A stretch of DNA of 64,000 bases, taken from NCBI GenBank assembly GCA_000004985.1, contig GG738876.1; one strand, written 5' to 3'. The stretch is from Naegleria gruberi (lineage: Eukaryota). This document shows positions 9,791 to 18,126 of this stretch, in pieces (the stretch's first letter is position 1; every line of letters starts with the position of its first letter). The translations under genes were made by a program, and so were the position numbers. Under the pieces are notes generated by a model, which was not told the origin of the DNA, made no database searches, and worked only from the letters and a program-made list of their open reading frames with translations.

Positions 9791-11602
9791 ATGTCCACAT
9801 TCTCCTCAACACTTTTCATTACTAGTTTTTCATCGACCTTTGAAGTCATTGTCGAATGTTCGATAGGTTTTATATTGACCAAATTGGGATTCATCAGTGC
9901 CGATAATGTTAGATTCCTATCCAAGATGTGGTTTAATTTATTTATTCCTTGTTTGTTTTTCAAGGATATGTCCACTTCCTTTTCTCTGGATTTACTTCAG
10001 AAATTATATTTAATTTTATTGTTTGGAGTGGTGAATCAAATTTTAGCAGTTGTGGTTGGGAAATTAGTGTTTAATAAGTGGACATTTAGGATTCTATTCG
10101 GACCTATTCGTTTTGTGTTGATGAAGGTTTTGAGCTTGTTCGGAAAGAGGAGTCAATTTGTTGAAAATATGGATAAGATGTCCAAGTGTGAAACTGATAT
10201 GTATACTGTGAGTTTCTTTTGCCATAATTCAGTATCATTGCCTTTGGTTTATTTGAGTGCATTGTGTTACTTGTCGACAACTTCTAGTGGAGGAGGAAAT
10301 TCATCTCATTCTCTCGATTTTATGAATTTAGCAACCGATTCAATGATGATTACTAGTACCAATGGAACTGTTGTGGATAATACTCCTGCATTTTACAAAT
10401 TAACATATTCGGAGGCTTATGAAAGGTCTATAACAGCTTTGAGTATTTTCATTGTTCCTGTTGAAATTATGTTTTACACTTTGGGAAGTTATGTATATAG
10501 CCATGGAGCTGAACAAATGAGAAAACAAATGAATGAACAATTGGAAAATCCAGAACCAACCACTACAGAAATGGTTTCAAATTTTGTAAATTTACATGAA
10601 GGAAATGAATCTGTTGTAGTTGCCAGTGAGGAACATCCTCAATCTTACAAACCAGAATTTAGTGAGGAAACCTTGCATCTCCAAGAGGAAGAAACTCCAT
10701 CTATTGAAGAAATGGAACCTGCCAACAATAATGAATCATCAATTAATCAAGAGAATTCTCCAATTGTTGAATCATCCACAACAGGAAATCAATCCAAATT
10801 ACACAAATTCAAAACCATTTCAAAGAATGTACTACTCTTCCTGTGGTTTAATATTATTTTGAATCCACCACTCACTGCCATCTTCCTTGCTTGCCTTATT
10901 TCAGTAATTAGTACTGATGTGAAAGATTTCCTTATTATTAATCCTCCACCTTTTGTTTCTACCATCAAACATCTTTGTTCTGTATTTGGTCAATCTGTTG
11001 CTCCTACATCTCTATTAATTTTAGGTGCAAATATTGCCGCTCAGGCATCTCCTCATGTGTTTGATGACGAAAAGAAAGATGACGATATTTCAAGCACAAC
11101 CAGTACTGAATCTTTGGATTTACAAGAAGTTGAAGTCATCCCAGTAGGTGAACGTATTAAGAGAAAGGTTTATCAAATTGGTCGTAAACTTAGAAGATTA
11201 TGTTTAGGATTCTTTTATGGAGTATTGAATACTTTCAAGATTAGAAAGTTGAATCCTGTTGCTCTCTTTTTCTCAATTATTATCAAACTTATAGTTTTCC
11301 CATTGCTTGGGGTTGGTTTAATGTACTTGACCAGAAGCTTATTCACAGATGCATTTGCCAATATTGATGACCCATTATTCTTTTTAGTTACATTGTTGCA
11401 ATTTGCAACACCACCAGCTATTGCTATTACAGCTCTTAGTAGTGTAAATGATAATTATGGTCAAGGAGAAACTTGCGAAATATTGTTATGGAGCTACCTT
11501 ATCACACCATTGACACTATCTCTATTTTGTTCATGGTTCTTGAAACTTTCATGTGAGTTGATTGTTAATCCGGAAGATGCCATGAGAGTGTGTAATATGT
11601 AA
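9791..11602 (+). CDS. membrane transport protein of the auxin efflux carrier / Mem_trans family (yeast Ecm3/YBR287W-like)
   Basis: 603 aa. N-terminal TM block FEVIVECSIGFILTKLGFISADNVRFLSKMWFNLFIPCLFF. C-terminal block TLLQFATPPAIAITALSSVNDNYGQGETCEILLWSYLITPLTL, typical of the PF03547 family. A long acidic central loop separates them. ATG at 9791 in context aaaaaaaATG. Confidence 0.7.
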   Translation: MSTFSSTLFITSFSSTFEVIVECSIGFILTKLGFISADNVRFLSKMWFNLFIPCLFFKDMSTSFSLDLLQKLYLILLFGVVNQILAVVVGKLVFNKWTFRILFGPIRFVLMKVLSLFGKRSQFVENMDKMSKCETDMYTVSFFCHNSVSLPLVYLSALCYLSTTSSGGGNSSHSLDFMNLATDSMMITSTNGTVVDNTPAFYKLTYSEAYERSITALSIFIVPVEIMFYTLGSYVYSHGAEQMRKQMNEQLENPEPTTTEMVSNFVNLHEGNESVVVASEEHPQSYKPEFSEETLHLQEEETPSIEEMEPANNNESSINQENSPIVESSTTGNQSKLHKFKTISKNVLLFLWFNIILNPPLTAIFLACLISVISTDVKDFLIINPPPFVSTIKHLCSVFGQSVAPTSLLILGANIAAQASPHVFDDEKKDDDISSTTSTESLDLQEVEVIPVGERIKRKVYQIGRKLRRLCLGFFYGVLNTFKIRKLNPVALFFSIIIKLIVFPLLGVGLMYLTRSLFTDAFANIDDPLFFLVTLLQFATPPAIAITALSSVNDNYGQGETCEILLWSYLITPLTLSLFCSWFLKLSCELIVNPEDAMRVCNM

Positions 11603-11651
11603 TTACAATTTTGCAGAGAATAAATTTTGAAACGGATAAAACTTTGACAAT

Positions 11652-12324
11652 TTACTTCTTTTCGAATAGTGTTTCACACTCAGCAGCAGTACAACAACAC
11701 AGAGCATTACAATAATTACAAACTAATCCACATTCAATATAGTAATTTCTCCAAGCATTTGGTCTGACCTTAATAACACGATGATTTGGACCATTCGATT
11801 GAGAAAGGGGTAAAGCTCCTCCACTTTCAGTCCAAACCTGAGTAATGAACCCCTTAGTATTTGAATCAGCTTTCAAAACTTGAGATTCCGACCATGAATG
11901 CATCTTTTTTCCAATACCCTTTCTTTGGAATTTTGGATGAACTGTTATAGCTTCACAAAAACCCAGCTCATCAAGAGGATATGAATATTCATGAGGTAAA
12001 AATTCCAAATAATAAATGTCACTATTTTTCCATTCATATTGTCAGGAATATTGTGGAAAATTCAAATCCTTACCTTGGTTGCCACATTTTAGGTGCATAG
12101 AAAATGTGAAATCCAACAGCTTGTCCATCAAATTCCTTCAATTCCTCTGTTTCATTTTCATTCCAATGATAAACAGCAACACACGATGTGACAATTCCCG
12201 ATGGTGTTGTTGAATGAGCCAATTTATCAGGTAAATCCTCTTCAAATCCGAAACCAATTTTAAATAATTCATCAACTTTTGGAAAATGTTTTTCCTCTAA
12301 CGCAACAATTTTAATTACTTCCAT
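11652..12324 (-). CDS. GNAT-family N-acetyltransferase, 2 exons: 12324..12074 and 12021..11652
   Basis: GNAT motif A is VHPKFQRKGIGKKM. The exon 1 ORF in the track (12070..12324) ends in a stop that lies inside the GTAAGG donor. Intron 12073..12022 is 52 nt, phase 2, with a CTGAC branch-like element. The junction reads ...KMWQP-S-DIYYLEFLPHEY. Confidence 0.65.
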
Positions 12325-12593
12325 CCTTTGATATTATTTAAATTATTTCTTGTGTGAATGAAAATGCAATAGTGTGAGAATCCTCTTGTTAATATTTTTT
12401 TTGAAGATTCTCCCAAACTTTCAGTTTTTGGTAATTGTTAAAGCTCCCCACAGATTACAATTCCCATAAAATATTTTCAATATTTTAATTATCTTTTGAA
12501 TTACTGTAAATTGGAGATTTAATTCGAATATTTGGTTTTGCAATTTAATTCTGAACTAATAAGATTGTCAATATACGATAGAGTACAATAAAT

Positions 12594-13641
12594 TTATAGC
12601 TGTGAGAGATGGAGAGCTCCTTTGATTCCTGCATGTTCACCATAAACAGAAGGCTTAATAATATTCTTGATACTTTCATTATTTATCATAACGTGATATC
12701 CATTCAATAGTTGAACTGTCTTTTCTCTAATCTTATCAAAGAGGATGCTTCTATTCATGATACCACCACCCATGACAATAACTTGACATGAGGAAATTAA
12801 AATTAAATTGACACACAAGTGTGCAAGATAGTGAGCTTCAATGTCCCAAATTTCATCATCATCAGATATGCTCTTTACATCATGAATGGAAATATTTCTT
12901 CTCTTTACAATTGAAGGTGAAGCTGCCTGTTAGAGTTTTATCATAATTCAATATTCCAAATTCTAATATCACTAACTTACCATTCCTTCCAAGCATCCTT
13001 CAGTGTGGAATGTACAAAATCCCTTAAAACCAGTTTCCATATCTCTTGGATGAAGTGGTGTATAAATATGTCCTGCCTCTGGATGCATCAAACCACTCAC
13101 TGTTGATCCATTAATTACCAATCCAACTCCAATTCCAGTACCAATTGTAACATATGCCAATGATTTAATTCCAGAACCTTTAACAAGTTGATATTCAGCC
13201 ATAGCTGGTCCATTAACATCAGTATCAAATTGAACATGTTTAACTTGTGGAAATTCTCTCTTGAAATACTCGACAATATTAAAACTTCTCCATGAAACTT
13301 TTGGAGTGGAAGGTAAAATACATCCAACATTCACATCAATAGGTCCGAAATTTGCAATTCCAATTCTCTTGATAATTCCACCCAATTCTGATTCCTTTTT
13401 AATGAGAAATTGTTTAATTGGTTCCATTGTCTCGTCTACAGTTTTAGTTTCCGTAATAAAAACATTTTCCATTGCATGTTCAATATTTAATCCAATAGCA
13501 ACCTTATATGAAGTACCTCTTTATATAACATTAGTATTCAAAGTAAATTAATTGATGATGATCAAGTTTACTGTAAATATTTAAAAATGATCAAAAGACA
13601 ACAAACCCTCCTTCAATTCCTACAATCAATTCGTTAGACAT
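12594..13641 (-). CDS. ROK-family sugar kinase (N-acetylglucosamine or N-acetylmannosamine kinase-like), 3 exons: 13641..13607, 13518..12981, 12926..12594
   Basis: Exon 1 encodes MSNELIVGIEGG. Splicing completes the ATP-binding GIEGGGTS motif, as in NAGK (GVEGGGT). The central ROK signature is LAYVTIGTGIGVGLVINGSTVSGLMHPEAGH. The zinc motif CTFHTEGCLEGM-AASP spans intron 2. Intron 1 is 88 nt with an unusual GTTTGT donor. Intron 2 is 54 nt, GTAAGT...CTCTAACAG. Confidence 0.65.
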
Positions 13642-13706
13642 TTTTTTGATTGTTGCAATGAAGATGATTATTCATCTATCAAAGCAAACAACCAAAAACA
13701 TTCAAG

Positions 13707-13726
13707 TTATTATTATTATTATTATT
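13707..13726. repeat. (TTA)n microsatellite, about 6.7 units, intergenic
   Basis: The run ttattattattattattatt can be read directly. It lies upstream of the ROK kinase gene. Confidence 0.85.
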
Positions 13727-13834
13727 GAAAATTGTTTATTTACACTCGGAAGCGAATTCTAAACGGATTATCATACAATAATCACAAAATGATCAAAGCC
13801 TTGGTTGTATTGATTGCAACAATGGAACCAAAAT

Positions 13835-14140
13835 TTAATCCTTCAACAATTGAGCAATGACATCGTGAGTGGAGGATGAGTTAGCCATAGCTGGACATCT
13901 ATTTTCCAAACCTTGAATGTGACCAACCTTTTCCTTCAAAGTCTTGAGGGTATGGATTTGAGTGAATGGACAACCGTGATTAGAGAATGCAGGACAGCCA
14001 GAGACAATTTGACCATGGTTTTCAATAAAGACCTTCTTTTCATCAGCAGTGAATGGGCATTCCTTAGCTTGTTCTTCTTCTGTTAATGAGAGGTGAGTCT
14101 TGAGTTTCAAAAGGACTTGTTCAATAGTTGGGGCAGACAT
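13835..14140 (-). CDS. small (101 aa) cysteine-rich protein with four CP[FA] motifs; function unknown
   Basis: Single ORF MSAPTIEQVLLKLKTHLSLTEEEQAKECPFTADEKK...GCPAFSNHGCPFTQ...NRCPAMANSS. The spacing of four Cys-Pro pairs suggests a metal-binding or redox fold. I recognise no family. Confidence 0.4.
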   Translation of the reverse strand: MSAPTIEQVLLKLKTHLSLTEEEQAKECPFTADEKKVFIENHGQIVSGCPAFSNHGCPFTQIHTLKTLKEKVGHIQGLENRCPAMANSSSTHDVIAQLLKD

Positions 14141-14472
14141 TGTTAGTTGATGTGTTGTTGTTGTTTTTTTGTTGTTGGTGAAGATCTTGAGTGATGTAAG
14201 ACGCGTTTTGAAGTGCTCTGAACAAAGACCAAAATAAAAAACAAATCACCGGATTGGTTGGAGCTTTACAACAAAAAAACCGACCAATCCGGAATTTTGT
14301 ATTTTTTACAAGATTCTGAATGTGTTTTGGTCCAAATAGACTTTGGATATCTAGTTATGTTTGATAGTGTGTGAGTTGCATCTACAGTGAATTTGTAGAT
14401 TCCAGCATTATGTAGTGTACGAATTGTTTTGAATCTGGATTTTTGATACAATGTATATTTTACAAAGATGTT

Positions 14473-16080
14473 TTATTCGAAAAATTCATCTTCATTCTGT
14501 AAGGAAAAGTTTTGGTACAGAGAACTATTATTGTTGTTATCCTCATCTGAAAAGATCTTGTCAAAATCTAGTTCGTCTGAATTATACTGGGATTGAGTTT
14601 GTTGGATTGTAGTATTGAGGGATTGATTTAAATTTTGTGGAGTAATTTCTCGGAACAGAGCTTCTAATGAAGGATCTTCAACTTCTCCAGATGAAATAAT
14701 GACAGATTGATCACCTCCAACATTAGATGGTTTCTTGTTATCCTCTTCTTTTCTTCTCATTAGTTCCTCTTTTTCCTTTTCCCAAGCTTGCTTTTCAAGT
14801 TCAAAAATTTTTCTTTGTACGAAAATGTCCTGCTCAATCGGTATGTACCTATCTAGTTCTCTAAAGATAACATCATTAACATGTTTTTCAGCAATTTTTG
14901 CTTGTTTTGAAAACTTTTCTGCTACACTCTTAATTTTTTCATCCCAATTTGGATCTTTCTTAATGGAATAGTAAAATGCTTCTTTGAATGGTTCTAATCT
15001 TTTAATCGAATCGTCTATCGAACGGAAAGGTGTCTTGTAATCAGGATCGAGAGCTAATTTCTTTTTATCCTTTTGGGAATACATATCATGATTTTGATTA
15101 GCATTGTTCATAGTAACAAATGAATTTCCTGGTTGGTTTGGATTAAAACCCTCAATCTTAGTGCCCACAACAGGTTCAGTTTTAAAAGGAGGATGACGTA
15201 CAGGGTTATTTACAGGGTTGTTTGCTAATATATTAATATTTGAAGACATATTCATAGTATTTGGTTGGGAGGATATTATTTGATTATTGGTTACAGGATT
15301 ATTTAAATTTAGCATACCATTTGGCGTTATAGTTGAGTTACCATTTTGATGTATTAGATTTGGAGGAGGTGTAGAGGCACTAGATGTTGGAGTAGATCGT
15401 TGAATTGAAGATGCTGAAGGTTGATGAATATTTACATGAGTAGTTGTAGTATTATTATTGTTTGGTGTAACATTCATATTCATAGCACCTGTATTTGATC
15501 CTTGTAATAAAGTTTGAATCAAGTTTGGATTCATGATTATAGCTTGCAACATTTGTGGTGTAATATTCACTCCACTACTGTGCAATGCTTGAAGTAATTG
15601 AAAAATTTGAGGATTGTTCTGTAATTGGAAGAGTAAAGGCATGAGTGTAGGATTACCTTGACTTGCTTGCATTAAAGCCATCAGCATACTATTTGGATTT
15701 CCTGATTGTGGATTGGTATTAGTATTGGGGGTATTGTTAACAGAAGGAATAACATTAGATGTTGTTGTTGTTGTTGATGTGGAAGTAGGAGTAGAAGCTC
15801 TAACAAGTCCCATCACGCCATTATTACTGTTGTTATTAGCAGATGTAGAGGGTGTGTTAAAGTTTCCTGTCATATTATTTTGTCCTCCTTGAAATCCAGC
15901 TAAATTTGATGGATTAATTCCCATCATTCCATTGCCCATACCTCCACTACTATTACCTCCTTGTTGATTCAACAACATGAAAGGATTTATCATACCTCCC
16001 ATTTGTTGTTGTTGTTGAAGAATTTGTTGTATTTGTAATTGACTTAGATTATTGTTGTTACCATTACCGTTTGGATTCAT
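14473..16080 (-). CDS. Asn/Gln/Thr-rich nuclear-type protein with a conserved about 130-aa C-terminal charged domain (unknown family)
   Basis: 535 aa. Starts MNPNGNGNNNN. Has poly-Q and poly-T tracts. The C-terminal block is KLALDPDYKTPFRSIDDSIKRLEPFKEAFYYSIKKDPNWDEKIKSVAEKFSKQAKIAEKHVNDVIFRELDRYIP. ATG at 16080. Confidence 0.5.
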   Translation of the reverse strand: MNPNGNGNNNNLSQLQIQQILQQQQQMGGMINPFMLLNQQGGNSSGGMGNGMMGINPSNLAGFQGGQNNMTGNFNTPSTSANNNSNNGVMGLVRASTPTSTSTTTTTSNVIPSVNNTPNTNTNPQSGNPNSMLMALMQASQGNPTLMPLLFQLQNNPQIFQLLQALHSSGVNITPQMLQAIIMNPNLIQTLLQGSNTGAMNMNVTPNNNNTTTTHVNIHQPSASSIQRSTPTSSASTPPPNLIHQNGNSTITPNGMLNLNNPVTNNQIISSQPNTMNMSSNINILANNPVNNPVRHPPFKTEPVVGTKIEGFNPNQPGNSFVTMNNANQNHDMYSQKDKKKLALDPDYKTPFRSIDDSIKRLEPFKEAFYYSIKKDPNWDEKIKSVAEKFSKQAKIAEKHVNDVIFRELDRYIPIEQDIFVQRKIFELEKQAWEKEKEELMRRKEEDNKKPSNVGGDQSVIISSGEVEDPSLEALFREITPQNLNQSLNTTIQQTQSQYNSDELDFDKIFSDEDNNNNSSLYQNFSLQNEDEFFE

Positions 16081-17229
16081 TTTTCATTGGATATTAGTAG
16101 TAGCTCGTATTGTTGTTGTTATTGTTGGAAATTAAAGATGATGATCAAAGTAAATAATGGTTATTGTTGGAATAAAAAACTAGTAATAAAAATAGTTATT
16201 GTATATAGAATAGGTGTAACAAAAACACTCTTTAGGAGAGTTGAGGACTGGTTCAATTGGTGTTAATGTTCAAACTCTTGTACTTTAGTGCCGATATTCT
16301 CTAAAAATAGGAATATTACTTTCACCCTTGTACGCGAAATAAAACTTAGGTTTAAATAGATTGAAGGAAAAGGTGCCGAGAAGTACTATCTAGTAACACT
16401 CAACATAAACCGCCAGATTAATAACAGTTATCAATCAACTTTTTAAATTGGTAACCACTCTTTTCTGACTCAAGATAATAAACTTGTTCACTATGTAAAA
16501 AAATCAGAGAAAAAAAGATCTATAAAACCAATTCCAATTATTATTTTCTGATGATGTTTTTAAAAACTTCCTTGCTGCCAAATAATAATGATGATGGCTA
16601 TTCTCTTTGACAAAAAATTGGAGGGAAGATTATTTTTTGCTTGGCCGTTTTTTTTAAAATATTAATATTAAAAATTAAATTGCATTTGTATCAGAAGCAC
16701 ACAAGTTGCTCTGGCTTGTCTTATTTTTCATCACCCAACAAGATTTCATAAACAACTGTTTAATCATCTTCGGAAGAAAATCTCATTTCCTGAACCTGAT
16801 ACTACCTTGTAATAATGTCCAATTAGAGTTCTGTTCCTTGTTTGTTTTTTTTTGAGAGATGAACGTTTTCTCGTAATGAAAGCTAGATTTTGGAAAAAAC
16901 GGACTGGTTTTGAATCCAAACAACAAGACAATCCGAGAGAAAAGTCCAATGCAATACCTACGGATGATTTTATGTGTATGCTTGGTGTTGTTTGTTCAAG
17001 ATCGGTGATGTGTACCTTTGCTCTCCGCATGTAGTCGACGACGTTATGCAAATGTGAGACCTGAATGTTGTTGTTTCGACTTGTTGGTAATTAAAGCTGA
17101 GATTGATTAAGATTTCACCTAGAATGCAACATTAGAATTTGTGGAGTTAGATGCAGGTGAAAATCTTGGGTTCAATCTCAAAACTTTGACACATTGGCGA
17201 GGAGTGCTGTTAAGCAGAGACATAAAAAC

Positions 17230-17990
17230 AAATTTTCAAACAGTAGACTGCACCCTTTGAAATGTACCCAGAAAATGCCAAATTCAAATTATATAACAAA
17301 ATAGCATCAAAAAACATCAAAATGTTAAAGAAACAATGACCCCCTAAAATACACAAACCGAATCATTGGAGCTATTCACCATTTGCAAATCTGTAGACTA
17401 AAAAGCAACATTTCTATGTGAATAGAACTGGCATTTTTACATCTCCAACTGAGAAAAGAGTTAATTGGCGAATAATTGGTAAGGAAACAATAATCTTTTA
17501 CAGATTCATTAAAGATCCAAAGAAAACAACCTTTCCTCAATAACAGTCGTTTCCCTTTTTACTGTTAGAATTGTCTAAAGCGAAATTAGATTCGAATCTC
17601 GAATAGAATGGCAAAGAAAATCTACAGAGGAAAAACTGAGCAAGGCTAAATGAAACCACAAAAAGTCTTCTTTTAAAAAAGGTACAAGACAAAACTAATC
17701 AATTAGTGAAACAACGCCCTATATTGGGCGAAATTAACGATTTGACTCGTTCCTGAAGCTGTCATTTTTGAAATCTGTAGATTGAGATGATAATTTTCGG
17801 CCCCTTAATTTCTATAGAAAGACTTCTCAATGCAAATCTGCTTGTAAGAAAATTGGCGTAATTTACAGAGATTGATATTTGTTGTCAGTTAACTGAATAC
17901 AAATGCCTCATAAAGAGCAATATTTTTACCATTTGTAAATTCTGAGCACAGGGTAATTTTTTTAGCTTTGAGAAAGGCCAAGCTGTCATC
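17230..17990. promoter_or_regulatory. cluster of about 5 degenerate copies of a TTTG[ACT]AAATCTGTAG-like motif upstream of the RWP-RK-like gene
   Basis: Copies: ctttgaaatgtaccc (17255), atttgcaaatctgtagac (17385), ttttgaaatctgtagattg (17768), aatgcaaatctgcttgtaag (17830), atttgtaaattctgagcac (17930). A reverse-orientation ctacaga lies at 17615. They sit within a 2-kb ORF-free block that is GC-richer than other intergenic DNA. Confidence 0.3.
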
Positions 17991-18126
17991 CTTCAATAAT
18001 CATTAAGTAGTTAATGAACCATCTTCAAGAAGCAATTAACACTTTAATACTGTGCGATAGGCTTCGTTGTTACCATTTCAAAATAAACCGAAGCCTCTGA
18101 ACCAACAAAACAACAGGTAAAAAAAT

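Noticed and set aside
12070-12324. Stop codons ending ORFs 12070..12324, 12972..13472, 27779..28516, 32422..33132, 28836..29591 and 62667..63932
   Set aside because: In each case the TAA or TGA lies inside a GTAAG donor (AG|GTAAGx). Splicing continues the reading frame, so these are exon ends, not protein ends.
16764-17051. ORFs 16764..17051 (−) and 16852..17034 (+) in the long spacer
   Set aside because: They overlap each other on opposite strands. They have no codon-usage resemblance to neighbouring genes and no recognisable motifs. I treat the region as regulatory or non-coding.
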